Numbered from the stretch's first letter, positions 7,971 to 20,467 are shown. The stretch is 64,000 bases of DNA from an uncultured delta proteobacterium (GCA_963782055.1 CAWAIF010000003.1:1344001-1408000); one strand, 5' to 3'. Notes: generated by a model not told the origin, from the sequence alone. Made by a program: numbers and translations.

Positions 7971-9464
7971 ATGGCCGCGCCCGTCCGGCCGGGGGACGTC
8001 GTCCTCGGCAAGTACAGAATCGAGTCGCCGCTCGGCGCCGGCGGCATGGGCGTGGTCATGCGCGCGATGCACCTGCAGCTCCACCAGCCGGTGGCGCTCA
8101 AGTTCCTCGTGGTGCGCACCCCGCTGGAGGCCGAGGTCGCCATCGAGCGCTTCCTGCGCGAGGCGCGAGCGACCTTCCGGCTGCGGAGCGAGCACACCGT
8201 CCGGGTGATGGACGTGGGCACGCTGCTCACCGGCGAACCCTTCATCGTCATGGAGCTGCTGGAGGGCAAGGACCTCAAGGACCTCCTCGCCGCCGAGGGC
8301 CCGCTCGACCCGCGCGTCGCCGCCGACTACATGGCGCAGGTCTGCGACTCGCTGGCCGAGGCCCACGCGATCGGCATCGTCCATCGCGATCTCAAGTCGC
8401 GGAATCTCTTTCTCACGCACCGTGTCGACGGCACCCCGTGCATCAAGGTGCTCGACTTCGGCCTCTCCAAGGTGGCAGACGAAGCGGAGGGAGAGGATGG
8501 CCCGCTCACCCGCCCGGACCAGGCCATGGGCTCGCCGCGGTACATGGCCCCGGAGCAGTGGCAGTCGGCGGCGACGGTGGACGCGCGCGCTGACGTGTAC
8601 GGCGCCGGGGTCGTTCTCTACGAGCTGCTGACGGGCCAGCTCCCCCTCGCGGGCCTCCCGCTGGGCGAGCTGATTCGCCGCCTCATGGCCGGGGCCATCC
8701 CGTCGCCGAAGGAGCTGCGCCCGGACCTTTCCGACGAGCTCGCGCGCGTGGTGCTCAAGGCGATGCGCCCGCACCCGGAGGAGCGCTACGCGTCGGCGGC
8801 TCACCTGGGGGAGGCGCTGCGCAGCGCGTTCCCCGTCGCCGCCGCGCGTCCGCGGCCCCCGCGGATGAGCTTCGCCAGGACGGCGCCCACCGCGGTGGTG
8901 GATCAGGAGGCGCTCCTGGCGCGGGCCCAGCTCTCCGCGGCCCTGGGCTCGAGCGGGGCGGACGCGCCGCCGCCCACCACCGACCCGGCCCCCACACCGC
9001 TGATGGTGCCGTCGCCGTACGCCCACGACGGCCCGGATGTCCCCCCGTCGGTCCACGCCACCAGCCCCCTCGCCGCTTCGGTTCCGACACCGGAGCAGCG
9101 CCAGTCGTGGCAGCCCGATGGCTTCGACGACCCGAACATGGCGACCAAGGTGAGCCGCGTCCAGATCCCCGAGCACGTCGCACAGATGGCGCAGCGGCCC
9201 GTCCATCAAGGCGCCGGCACGCTGGTCAGCCAGCAGGGGCCGCCGCCTGCCGTGGAACGCGCGTCGCATCCGATGGCGTATGCCGCGCCCGCGCAGCGCG
9301 GGACGCCGGTCCCGCAGCGCAGCACGTACGCCCCTCAGCGCCCGCTGTCGCCCCCGACGCCCCCGCGCCGCTCGACCACGCGCGTGGTGTTCTGGGTCGC
9401 GCTCGTCGTGGCCTGCTTCGCGCTGGGTGGCGCCGCGGCGCTCGCGCTGCGCTACCTCGGATGA
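7971..9464 (+). CDS. Ser/Thr protein kinase (Hanks type) with C-terminal TM helix
   Basis: LGAGGMGVV, VALK, HRDLKSRN, DFG, YMAPEQ; Pro-rich linker, TM helix. Confidence 0.95.
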   Translation: MAAPVRPGDVVLGKYRIESPLGAGGMGVVMRAMHLQLHQPVALKFLVVRTPLEAEVAIERFLREARATFRLRSEHTVRVMDVGTLLTGEPFIVMELLEGKDLKDLLAAEGPLDPRVAADYMAQVCDSLAEAHAIGIVHRDLKSRNLFLTHRVDGTPCIKVLDFGLSKVADEAEGEDGPLTRPDQAMGSPRYMAPEQWQSAATVDARADVYGAGVVLYELLTGQLPLAGLPLGELIRRLMAGAIPSPKELRPDLSDELARVVLKAMRPHPEERYASAAHLGEALRSAFPVAAARPRPPRMSFARTAPTAVVDQEALLARAQLSAALGSSGADAPPPTTDPAPTPLMVPSPYAHDGPDVPPSVHATSPLAASVPTPEQRQSWQPDGFDDPNMATKVSRVQIPEHVAQMAQRPVHQGAGTLVSQQGPPPAVERASHPMAYAAPAQRGTPVPQRSTYAPQRPLSPPTPPRRSTTRVVFWVALVVACFALGGAAALALRYLG

Positions 9465-9495
9465 CCCCACGCGGCCCTTACGGTATAGAGGGCCG

Positions 9496-10635
<1,140 letters not shown>

Positions 10636-10662
10636 CCCAAACCCGCCGAGGGACGAGACGAG

Positions 10663-11379
10663 ATGAAGGTTCGATTGCTTGCACTCTGCACGATTCTGCT
10701 CGCGGCCTGCGGGGGCGAGGAGCCCGTGGCCAAGCCGCCCCCGCCCGCGCCCACCGTCGCGCCCGCCGACACCGGCCCGAAGCTCGTCGCGACGCAGGAG
10801 CTCGGGTCCATCGACGAGGACAAGACCAACGCGACCTTCAACAGCCTGAACGGGTCCGCCTTCCAGAAGTGCCTCAACGAGGGTGCCAAGCGCCTGGACT
10901 TCCTCGGCGGCGAGGCGAAGTTCTTCGTGCGCATCGGCGCCGACGGCCACGCCAAGTACAGCTACTTCGAGGACTCGACGCTCGGCGATCACGACACCGA
11001 GCAGTGCATGCTCGACGCCATCGACCAGGCGCAGTGGCCAGTCCCCGTCGGCGGCGAGGCCGAGGCGCGCTACACGACCAACTTCGAGCCCCCGGGCGAC
11101 GCGCGGCCTCCCGCGGACTGGGACTCCGACCGCATCGCCGAGGCGCTGGGCAAGCACAAGGAGGACATCGGCAAGTGCACCTCCGGCGTGGACGCCAAGT
11201 TCACCGTCACCGCCTACGTCAAGCCGGCTGGCAAGAAGGCCGGCAAGGTGATGGCCGTCGGCGTCGCCACCAGCAACAAGAAGGGCATCCCGCAGATCCA
11301 GTGCGTGGCGGACGCCATCAAGGGGATGAAGGTGCCGAGCCCGGGCAGCTACTGGGCGAAGGTGACCTTCTCGCTGTAG
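10663..11379 (+). CDS. Lipoprotein, probable AgmX/PglI (TonB-C-like) domains
   Basis: Lipobox LLAAC; FQKCL...STLGD..TEQCML....QWP.P.GG pattern. Confidence 0.6.
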   Translation: MKVRLLALCTILLAACGGEEPVAKPPPPAPTVAPADTGPKLVATQELGSIDEDKTNATFNSLNGSAFQKCLNEGAKRLDFLGGEAKFFVRIGADGHAKYSYFEDSTLGDHDTEQCMLDAIDQAQWPVPVGGEAEARYTTNFEPPGDARPPADWDSDRIAEALGKHKEDIGKCTSGVDAKFTVTAYVKPAGKKAGKVMAVGVATSNKKGIPQIQCVADAIKGMKVPSPGSYWAKVTFSL

Positions 11380-11383
11380 AGCC

Positions 11384-12532
<1,149 letters not shown>

Positions 12533-12625
12533 ACACCCGCCGCCCCGCCCCGAAGAACGCGGTTTTTCGGGGCCCCACCCCACGCGGCGCTCGAGGATCA
12601 ACAACGCCGATTCAGGCGCGCTCCC

Positions 12626-13174
12626 TCAGCGCAGCTCGAACTCGGGGCAGTCGGCGCGGATCGCGCCCGTGCCCGGGTCGAGCAGCCACGCCATGCACAG
12701 GCGCCTCGGGACGCGGATGCGCTCGACGGGCCGGTAGGTGCCGAAGACCACGTCCCACAGCGGGGAGGTCACGCCGTGGTTGTAGCGGGCGTCGGCGAAG
12801 TGGTGCGCGAAGTGGTGCCGGCGCGCCCACCGGCCGTACGGCCCGAAGCCGCGGTGCGTGTGCTCCCGGCGGTGCAGCACCTCGTAGGCGACGTAGAAGC
12901 CGATGAGGCCGACGGCGAAGGCCACGCCGCGCGGGCCGCCCGCCACCGCCACCGCGGGCCACGCCACCACGGCGAGCGCGACGAGCGCGACGATCCCCTT
13001 CTTCCACGTGGGGGCGAAGTAGTCGCCCTCGGTGTGGTGGCGCACGTGCTCGGAGGCGAAGGGGTTGGGCCGCAGCCGCCGGTGATGGCCGAGGAAGCGG
13101 TGGATGAAGTACTCGAGCAGCGTCCACGCGAGGACGCCGAGCAGGGCGGACGTGACGAGGGATGCGATCATCAT
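12626..13174 (-). CDS. Fatty acid hydroxylase / sterol desaturase family membrane protein
   Basis: His boxes EYFIHRFLGH, HVRHH, YEVLHRREH, HFAHH; GVTSPLWDVVFGT. Confidence 0.88.
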   Translation of the reverse strand: MMIASLVTSALLGVLAWTLLEYFIHRFLGHHRRLRPNPFASEHVRHHTEGDYFAPTWKKGIVALVALAVVAWPAVAVAGGPRGVAFAVGLIGFYVAYEVLHRREHTHRGFGPYGRWARRHHFAHHFADARYNHGVTSPLWDVVFGTYRPVERIRVPRRLCMAWLLDPGTGAIRADCPEFELR

Positions 13175-13887
13175 TCGGGCTCTCCGAAGTGCCTGGACCG
13201 CGCGACGGGCGCGGCGACGTTCATGGCCGCCTCCACGGCGGCCTCCTGCGCGCCCCACCCGCAGAGCAGGGCTCGGGTGCCGCGCACGGCGAGGCGCTCG
13301 ACGTCGAGCACCTCCGGCGCGAGGCGTGACTGCTTGTGGAGCTGCAGCACGCCCTGCAGCAGCGCGAAGACGCACACCGTCCGCTCGGCGACGTCTCCCG
13401 GCTGCAGGAGCGCAGCGCGCTCGGCGTCGTGAAGGGCATCGGCGAGGGGCTGCAGCGTCGCGATCACCACGCGGGCGACCGGCTCGGCGTCGGTGGCCTC
13501 GCGCAGCAGCACGCGCGACTCCGCCATGGTCATCGCCAGCAGCGCGAAGCGATGCGGGCGCAGCCGGGCGAAGGCGCGGTAGCCGTGCACCAGCGCGAAC
13601 ACGTGTGCGAGCGGGCCAGCGCCGTCGGGCAGCAGCGCGCGGGCCTGCAGCAGGAAGCCGTGGACCTCGCCCAGGATGCGGGCCACCAGCGCGGACAGGA
13701 GCGCGTCCTTGGAGTCGAAGTACCGGTAGAGGGCGCCCGGCGTGTAGTCCACCGCCTCCGCCAGCCGCGTCATCGTCAGGGCGCCCAGGCCATCGGATGC
13801 GACCATGGCGAGGGCGGTCTCCAGGATGCGCTGGAGGTTGGCCGCCCGCCGCCGCGCGCGCGGGCTCTTCACCAAGTCGTGAGGCAT
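13171..13887 (-). CDS. TetR/AcrR-family regulator
   Basis: ILETALAMV...LTMTRLAEAVDYTPGALYRYFDSKDALL. Confidence 0.92.
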   Translation of the reverse strand: MPHDLVKSPRARRRAANLQRILETALAMVASDGLGALTMTRLAEAVDYTPGALYRYFDSKDALLSALVARILGEVHGFLLQARALLPDGAGPLAHVFALVHGYRAFARLRPHRFALLAMTMAESRVLLREATDAEPVARVVIATLQPLADALHDAERAALLQPGDVAERTVCVFALLQGVLQLHKQSRLAPEVLDVERLAVRGTRALLCGWGAQEAAVEAAMNVAAPVARSRHFGEPE

Positions 13888-14105
13888 GAGCAATTAGTAA
13901 ACGACGTTCACTGGTTGGTCAAGCCCGATCGCGCCCTGGCCCGCCCCCACCCCTTCCCCCACGTTTTCCGCCTCCCCGCGCCATTGTCAGCACCCTTGCA
14001 ATCCGACGCCTGGCAGCCGGACTGGAGGAAGGCCCCTCCCCGGCGTCCCCTTGCGGACCTGACGCGCCGCGTTATAATGCGGCGCGTCAACCAAGGAGGA
14101 TCTCA

Positions 14106-14537
14106 ATGTCCGCCATCGCCATGCTCCAGGAAACCGGCCGCCACCTCAGCAGGGAGCGCCAGGCCCTCGTCGGCCGCACTCGCGCGGCAGGCGCCGCCTT
14201 CCTCGGCGAGACCCGCGCCGCCGGTCGAGACTTCGCCCGCGTGGCCCAGCACGAGGTGCGGCGCTGGCGTCGCTTCGCCCAGGTCCGCGCCGGCCACGCC
14301 ACCGAGCAGCTGCTGCCGCGATCCATCGAGCGCCAGGTGCTCGCCCGCGTCGACGGGGGCCTGCGCTCTCTCGAGCGGCAGGTGAGCCGCCGCCTGCACG
14401 CGCTCCAGCCGCGCCCGGCGAAGGCCGCCAAGCTCGCCAAGCCCGCCGCGCCCCGCCGCACGACAAAGGCGGCGCTCCGCAAGAGCAAGAAGGCGCGCGC
14501 CAACGGCGCCGCCACGCTCGCCGGCGCCCGCGCCTGA
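14106..14537 (+). CDS. Hypothetical basic protein with Lys/Ala-rich tail
   Basis: TATAAT near 14073 and AAGGAGG RBS; helical N-terminal part, histone-like tail. Confidence 0.7.
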   Translation: MSAIAMLQETGRHLSRERQALVGRTRAAGAAFLGETRAAGRDFARVAQHEVRRWRRFAQVRAGHATEQLLPRSIERQVLARVDGGLRSLERQVSRRLHALQPRPAKAAKLAKPAAPRRTTKAALRKSKKARANGAATLAGARA

Positions 14538-14555
14538 GCCGGCACGCCGGCGCCG

Positions 14556-15626
14556 TCAGCGCACGAGATCACGCGTGACGTCGGCGAGGGTCGGGCAACC
14601 GGCCAGCGTCATCGCCAGGTCGAGCTCCTCGCGCAGCGTCTCCAGCACGAAGCGCACCCCCGCCTCGCCGTCGTAGGCGAGCCCCCACAGCACCGGTCTG
14701 CCGACCAGCACCGCCCGCGCGCCGAGCGCGACGGCCTTGAGCACGTCGGTGCCGCGCCGCACGCCGCCGTCCATCCACACCTCGAGCTCCGGCACCGCGG
14801 CGGCGACCGGCCCGAGCACGTCGATGGTCGCCGGCGACGTGTCGAGCTGGCGTCCCCCGTGGTTGGAGACCACCACCGCCGCTGCCCCGGCGTCCCGCGC
14901 GCGCCGCGCGTCGTCGGGCCGGACGACGCCCTTGATGACGAGCGGCAGCCTGGTGAGGGACCGCAGCCACGCGATGTCCTTCCACGAGAGCGAGGCGTCG
15001 ATCAGGGAGGCGAAGTACGCGGCGAGCCCGGAGTCCTCGGCCTGCACCAGGTCGCCGCACCCCGCCGGCACCAGGTTCTTGACGGAGAGCCCCTCCGGGA
15101 GCTGAAAGCGGTTGCGGACGTCGCGTTCGCGCCGGCCGAGCTTCGGCGCGTCCACGGTGAGCACCAGCGCCTTCGCGCCCGCCGCCTCGACGCGCCGCAC
15201 GAGCCCCTCGGTGATGCCGCGGTCCTTGTAGACGTAGAGCTGGAAGAAGACCGGGCCGGCGCTCGCCGCGCACACCTCCTCCACATCGGTGTTGGAGAGG
15301 GAGCTCAGGATCATCGCCGTCTTCGCCCCCGCCGCGGCGCGCGCGGTGGCCACCTCGCCATCGGCGTGGGCCATCTTGTGGAAGGCGGTGGGCGCCACCA
15401 GCACCGGCATGGACACCTCGTGCCCGAGCACCCGCGTGCCGAGCGCGCGCGTCGCCACGTCGACCAGCACGCGGTAGTGCACGCGCAGCCGCTCGAAGGC
15501 GGCGCGGTTCTCCCGCAGGGTGATCTCGTCGTGCGCGCCGCTGGCGTAGTAGTCGTACGCGTGCGCGTGGAGCCGCTCGCGCGCCAGCGCCTCCAGCTCC
15601 AGCAGGTTCAGCGGCGGCTCGCTCAT
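14556..15626 (-). CDS. FMN-dependent alpha-hydroxy acid oxidase/dehydrogenase
   Basis: YDYYASGAHDE, FFQLY, LVLTVDAP, SNHGGRQLD, DGGVRRGTDVLKA. Confidence 0.95.
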   Translation of the reverse strand: MSEPPLNLLELEALARERLHAHAYDYYASGAHDEITLRENRAAFERLRVHYRVLVDVATRALGTRVLGHEVSMPVLVAPTAFHKMAHADGEVATARAAAGAKTAMILSSLSNTDVEEVCAASAGPVFFQLYVYKDRGITEGLVRRVEAAGAKALVLTVDAPKLGRRERDVRNRFQLPEGLSVKNLVPAGCGDLVQAEDSGLAAYFASLIDASLSWKDIAWLRSLTRLPLVIKGVVRPDDARRARDAGAAAVVVSNHGGRQLDTSPATIDVLGPVAAAVPELEVWMDGGVRRGTDVLKAVALGARAVLVGRPVLWGLAYDGEAGVRFVLETLREELDLAMTLAGCPTLADVTRDLVR

Positions 15627-17287
15627 CACGCCAGCGGGTCGATCGCGATGGGCGGCCGCGGCACGCTCGCCGCGCCGATGCGCTCCAGGTGCGCGCAGGC
15701 GGCCAGCACCGTCGCTTCGTCCCACGCGTCGCCGAGGAGCTGCAGGCCGATGGGGAGGCCCGAGGCGTCGACGCCGACGGGCGCGGAGCACGCGGGCAGG
15801 CCGGTGAGGTTGCCCAGGAAGGCGTAGCGGCAGAGCCCGGCGAGCGCCTGCGCGTCCAAGAAGCCGCTCTCGAACTGCGCGTCCGTCACGTGCGGCGCCG
15901 TCGTCGCCGTCGTCGGCAGGGCGATCAGGTCCACCTCACCCATCGCCCGCGCCATCGTGTTGCGGAGCCCAGCGCGCAGGCGCATCGCGTCGGCGAGCTC
16001 CACCGCCCCGAGCTCGCCCACCACCGCCATCGTGATCTGCAGGTCGGGCGACATGTCGTCGGCGTGCTCCAGCCACTCCTGGCGCAGCTCCGCGCGCGTC
16101 TCGATGGAGATGGCCAGGTAGCCGACGGCGGGCGCGTGCGCGAGCGCGCCGAGCTCCAGCGTCTTGAGCACCGCGCCCTCTGCCTCCAGGGCGCGCAGCG
16201 CATCCTGCCCGGCGCGGACCACCTCCGGGCTGGCGTCGGCCCACTCCTTCTCCGGGACGCCGATGACCAGGCCGGCGACCCCGCGGCCGAGCGCGCGCAC
16301 CAGCGAGCCAGCCGGCACCTGGGGCGCCCCGTTCGTCTCCGGGTCGCGCGGGTCCGGGGCGCCGATGACCTCCAGGCAGCGCGCGAGATCCAGCGTGGAG
16401 CTCGCCAGCGGGCCCAGGTGCGCGACCGACCCGCCGAACATGTCCCCCGCGCGGCTGACGCGCCCCCACGTCGGCTTGATGCCGAAGACGCCGTTGAGCG
16501 CGGACGGGATGCGGATGGACCCGCCGCCGTCGGCTCCGATGGCGAAGGGCACGAGCCCCGTCGCGACCGCCACCCCGCTGCCTGTCGACGACCCGCCCGC
16601 CACGTGATCGGCGTGGTGCGGGTTGCGAGGCATCTTGCGGTGCGGGTTGAAGCCGAGCGGCGTCATCCCGTACTCGGTCATTGGCGTGGTGCCCACGATG
16701 ACGGCGCCGGCGTCGCGCAGCCGCCGCACGATGGTCGCGTCCTCCGGCTGCGGGGTGCCGTCGACGAAGCTGGTGCCCCCGCGCGCCGGCAGCCCGCGCA
16801 CGTGCGTCTGCTCCTTGATCGCGACGCACACGCCGTCGAGCGGGCCTCTCGGCGCGCCGACGCGGTAGCGGTCCCCGGCGGCGTCGGCCTCGCCGCGCGC
16901 GCTGTCCTCCGCGTAGTCGCAGATCACCGCCATGGTGGGCGTGCGGTTCTCCAGCGCGCGGGCGGCCTCCAGCACGCGCTCCACCACCGCCTCCGGCGTG
17001 CGGCGACGCGCCTCGTACGCCGCGACGTACTCCGCGCTGCTGCGCACGTGGCTCGCGCCCTTCGGCAGCGGGAGGCGAGCGTCCTGCGCCTTGCGCGGGG
17101 GCCGGCCCTGGAGCGCGCGGTTGTGCAGCGGGTAGGCCCCGCGCCACGACTCCGGCAGCGCGGCGAGCGCGTTGATGCCCAGCTCGGCGCGCAGCGCCAC
17201 CTCCATGGCCGAGCTGCCCGCGCGTGTCCGCGCGAGCCGCGCGAGCGAGCGAAGCCAAGACCCAAAGATCCGCGGCGTAGAAATCAA
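15626..17287 (-). CDS. Amidase-signature family amidase
   Basis: GPLDGVCVAIKE, GGSSTGS, IGADGGGSIRIPS; TTG start behind AAGGAGGAG; stop overlaps the oxidase start. Confidence 0.92.
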   Translation of the reverse strand: MISTPRIFGSWLRSLARLARTRAGSSAMEVALRAELGINALAALPESWRGAYPLHNRALQGRPPRKAQDARLPLPKGASHVRSSAEYVAAYEARRRTPEAVVERVLEAARALENRTPTMAVICDYAEDSARGEADAAGDRYRVGAPRGPLDGVCVAIKEQTHVRGLPARGGTSFVDGTPQPEDATIVRRLRDAGAVIVGTTPMTEYGMTPLGFNPHRKMPRNPHHADHVAGGSSTGSGVAVATGLVPFAIGADGGGSIRIPSALNGVFGIKPTWGRVSRAGDMFGGSVAHLGPLASSTLDLARCLEVIGAPDPRDPETNGAPQVPAGSLVRALGRGVAGLVIGVPEKEWADASPEVVRAGQDALRALEAEGAVLKTLELGALAHAPAVGYLAISIETRAELRQEWLEHADDMSPDLQITMAVVGELGAVELADAMRLRAGLRNTMARAMGEVDLIALPTTATTAPHVTDAQFESGFLDAQALAGLCRYAFLGNLTGLPACSAPVGVDASGLPIGLQLLGDAWDEATVLAACAHLERIGAASVPRPPIAIDPLA

Positions 17288-17479
17288 GCGCTCCTCCTTC
17301 TGCCTGCGGCGCGAAAGACGAGCGAACATCCTAGATGAGGCGTTCGCGATTCGCGAACGCGAATCAAGGGGGTAGCCTCCGAATTCACCTCGGCGGCGTG
17401 GAGTTCCGTCACGTCCGCCGGTGACGCGGCCCGGGCCCGCGTTGCTCTCGCCTGCCGCGTCTGACACAATCCATCCCAC

Positions 17480-18484
17480 ATGCAGCTCACGCTGGGCCAG
17501 CGCTTGCGCCTCTCGCGCGGCGCGCTCGTCTTCGCGGCGGTGGATCGCGCCGCGCACGCCCTCGCCAAGGTCCGCTACGCGATGCCCGACGCCTCGCCGG
17601 AGCGCCACCATGTCGTGGTGCACCGCAACGTCCCCTACCGCGAGGGCGGCGACCACCACAACAGCCTGGACGTCTACATCCCCACGCGGGCGCGCAAGCC
17701 CTTGCCGGTGGTGATGTACGTGCACGGCGGCGCCTTCGCCATGCTCTCCAAGGAGACGCACCGCGTGATGGCGCTGGCGATCGCGCGGCGCGGCTACCTC
17801 CTCTTCAACATCAACTATCGCCAGGGGCTGCGTCACACCTTCCCCACGCCCCTCGAGGACGCGGCGGAGGCGCTGCTCTGGGTCGCGAAGAACGCCGCGC
17901 GCTTCGGCGGCGACCCCACACGCATCGCGCTTGCGGGGGAGTCGGCGGGCGGCAACCTCGTCACCGCGCTGGCGGTCATGGCCACCGAGCCGCGGCCGGA
18001 GCCCTTCGCGAGGCGCGTGTATGATGCAAATATCTCGCTGCGCGCCGTCGTCTCGACCTACCCCTTCCTCGACCTGGGCGACACGCGCCGCTACCAGGAG
18101 CACCCCCGCCTCTCCTTCTGGTACAAGGCGGCGCTCTTCGACGCCGCCTCCGCGTACCTCGGGCACCGCGTCTTCCACGCCGAGCACGCCGAGCTGGCGA
18201 GCCCGCTGCGCATCCTGGAGAACGGCTTCTCCCCCGCGCGGCCGGTGCCGCCCTTCTTCATCTCCTGCGGCTCTCGCGACCCCTTCCTCCCGCAGTGCCG
18301 CCGCCTGAAGGAGGCCCTGGACCGCATGGGCGTAGACGCCGAGCTCTTCGTCGCGCCCGGCGAGATCCACGCCTTCGACGCGATGGTGTGGCGCAAGCCC
18401 GCGCGCGACAAGTGGCGGGCCACCCACGCCTTCCTCGCGCGCCATCTGGAGCACGTGCCGCTGGAGCGCCCCCGCCGCGGCTGA
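17480..18484 (+). CDS. Alpha/beta hydrolase (HSL-like esterase)
   Basis: HGGAF oxyanion motif, GESAGG nucleophile elbow, D and HAF catalytic residues. Confidence 0.92.
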   Translation: MQLTLGQRLRLSRGALVFAAVDRAAHALAKVRYAMPDASPERHHVVVHRNVPYREGGDHHNSLDVYIPTRARKPLPVVMYVHGGAFAMLSKETHRVMALAIARRGYLLFNINYRQGLRHTFPTPLEDAAEALLWVAKNAARFGGDPTRIALAGESAGGNLVTALAVMATEPRPEPFARRVYDANISLRAVVSTYPFLDLGDTRRYQEHPRLSFWYKAALFDAASAYLGHRVFHAEHAELASPLRILENGFSPARPVPPFFISCGSRDPFLPQCRRLKEALDRMGVDAELFVAPGEIHAFDAMVWRKPARDKWRATHAFLARHLEHVPLERPRRG

Positions 18485-18543
18485 CACGACCGCCGTCGGG
18501 CGCACCTATTGCGGGCTGCGCGGCCCCGTGGCAAATCTGCGCC

Positions 18544-18927
18544 GTGTCCACCGCACTCACCGACGGCATCAAGGTCTCCGTCCAGTCGCAGTACGTCGCC
18601 GAGCAGTCGTCGCCCCGCGCCCAGCGCTACGTCTTCGCCTACACCGTGCGCATCGAGAACGAGGGCGCCAAGCCCGCGCAGCTTCGCAGCCGCCACTGGG
18701 TCATCACCGATGGCAGCGGCCGGGTGGAAGAGGTGAGGGGGCCTGGCGTCGTGGGCCAGCAGCCTTACCTTCACCCTGGAGAGCACTTCGAATATACGAG
18801 CGGGTGCGTGCTCACGACGCCCCGCGGCCAGATGCGCGGCACTTACCAGATGCACCGCCCCGACGGCTCCACCTTCGACGCGGCCATCGCCGCCTTCGAC
18901 CTCCTCCTGCCGTACTCCCTCAACTGA
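18544..18927 (+). CDS. apaG: ApaG protein
   Basis: YVFAYTVRIEN...QLRSRHWVITD...EVRGPGVVGQQP...FEYTSG. Confidence 0.95.
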   Translation: MSTALTDGIKVSVQSQYVAEQSSPRAQRYVFAYTVRIENEGAKPAQLRSRHWVITDGSGRVEEVRGPGVVGQQPYLHPGEHFEYTSGCVLTTPRGQMRGTYQMHRPDGSTFDAAIAAFDLLLPYSLN

Positions 18928-18937
18928 TGGTGCTGTC

Positions 18938-19255
18938 ATGGACGAGCCCACCTACCAGAAGCTGGCTGACTCCACGTTCGCGACGATCGAGGACCTCTTC
19001 AAGGAGGTCGACGCCGACGACGTCGACTGCGAGCGAGCCGGAGACGTGCTGACGCTCACCTTCAAGGATGGGCAGAAGTGCATCATCAACACGCAGCGAC
19101 CCACGCGGCAGATCTGGGTCGCCGCGGGCGCGCGCGCCTGGCACTTCTCCTACGACACCAAGGAGGAGCGCTGGTACGACGACAAGGACGAGGCGCACGA
19201 GCTGTTCACCACGGTCAAGACGATCGTGAGCGACCAGGCGCACCTGTCCGTCTAG
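18938..19255 (+). CDS. cyaY: Frataxin CyaY
   Basis: Acidic N-terminal helix, VLTLTF...IINTQRPTRQIWVA..AWHF. Confidence 0.92.
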   Translation: MDEPTYQKLADSTFATIEDLFKEVDADDVDCERAGDVLTLTFKDGQKCIINTQRPTRQIWVAAGARAWHFSYDTKEERWYDDKDEAHELFTTVKTIVSDQAHLSV

Positions 19256-19259
19256 CCGG

Positions 19260-19652
19260 ATGTCCCTTTACGACGACATCGGCGGCGAGGAGGGCCTCCG
19301 CCGCGTGCTGCGTACTCTCTACGATCGCCTCTTCGACGACATGATGGTCGGCTTCCTGTTCGCCGGGAAGGACAAGGAGAAGCTGATCGAGCACCAGCTC
19401 TGGTTCACCGCGCGCTTCCTCGGCGGGCCGAGCCGCTACGCCGGCCGCTCGCTGCCCGACGCGCACGCGCACCTGCCGATCCTGCGTGGCCACTTCGACC
19501 GGCGGCACCACCTGCTGCGGCAGGCGCTGGAGGAGCACCACGTCCCCGCGCACGTCGCGGCGGAGTGGCTGCGCGTGGACCAGTCGCTCGCGCACGCGGT
19601 CATCAAGTCCGGCGCGGGGGCGCGGGAGCAGGCGCGCAAGGCGACCGACTGA
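19260..19652 (+). CDS. Truncated (2/2) hemoglobin, group I-like
   Basis: SLYDDIGGEEG...YDRLFDD....FLF...FLGGP.RYAGRSL..AHAHL.I...HFD. Confidence 0.88.
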   Translation: MSLYDDIGGEEGLRRVLRTLYDRLFDDMMVGFLFAGKDKEKLIEHQLWFTARFLGGPSRYAGRSLPDAHAHLPILRGHFDRRHHLLRQALEEHHVPAHVAAEWLRVDQSLAHAVIKSGAGAREQARKATD

Positions 19653-19752
19653 CGAGGCGCCTCGCCGCGCATGCAGTGCGAGACGCGCGATCCGTGCGTG
19701 GCGCGTGGCGGACGATCGTCCGATTCCGCGGGCGCCACTGCTCGAGCCATGG

Positions 19753-19768
19753 CGGCACGGTGCTTGCT
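19753..19768 (+). promoter_or_regulatory. Putative sigma54 promoter
   Basis: CGGCACGGTGCTTGCT (GGCACG-N4-TTGC), upstream of the ORF at 19895. Confidence 0.55.
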
Positions 19769-19894
19769 CCGATCACGATCCGCCAGAGTGTTCGTTGCCC
19801 CCCGCGCCGATGACGCGACGAGGGCCAACGTCGAGCACGCCATGTGGGCGTTGCCGCGGTGTCGAGCCGTGTCGACGCGGAAAGGAGCGTCGTC

Positions 19895-20467
19895 ATGCCC
19901 TCCAAGAGATTTGCGATCGCGTCGGTGGGCATCGCCCTCGTCGCGGCGACCGCCGCATACAGAAATTGCGCGTCGACGGGCGACGAGGTCGGCACGACCA
20001 GCATCACCGCCGCCAGCATTCCGCCTCCCGGCTCCTGCCCAGCTGACGTGGCGGGCACCACAGTGACCACCACCGCCAGCGACGGCGCCGTGGCGCTCGA
20101 CTTCGCGACGAGCGGAGACGTGGCCGCGCTGCGCGTGCGCGTGCGCGGCATGTCCGAGCTGAACAACCGGAACCCCGGCGAGATGCGCCTGGCCGCCGGC
20201 AACCTCGGCGGCGTGGTGACGCTGCCCCAGGCGTCGGCGTCGGTGGAAGATCGTCCGGACGGGGCGCGTCTCATCGTGCGTCCGGCGGACCCCGCGCAGC
20301 TCGGCGTGCTCCAGCGCGATGCGCCGGAGTGGGCCGACCGGCTGGCGAGCGGGCAGTGCCCCTCGCTGGGACCGCGCCCCGTTCAGGCAGCGCCGCGGAT
20401 GGCTCCGCAGGAGGTGCCGGTGAACCACGACATCCTCACCCCGCCGCCCTTCACGCCCGCGCGCTGA
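19895..20467 (+). CDS. Exported hypothetical protein
   Basis: AAGGAG RBS, signal-peptide-like N-terminus. Confidence 0.7.
   Translation: MPSKRFAIASVGIALVAATAAYRNCASTGDEVGTTSITAASIPPPGSCPADVAGTTVTTTASDGAVALDFATSGDVAALRVRVRGMSELNNRNPGEMRLAAGNLGGVVTLPQASASVEDRPDGARLIVRPADPAQLGVLQRDAPEWADRLASGQCPSLGPRPVQAAPRMAPQEVPVNHDILTPPPFTPAR

Noticed and set aside
17288..18505. 959-aa amidase ORF extension
   Set aside because: It is the antisense shadow of the esterase gene; the amidase starts near 17287
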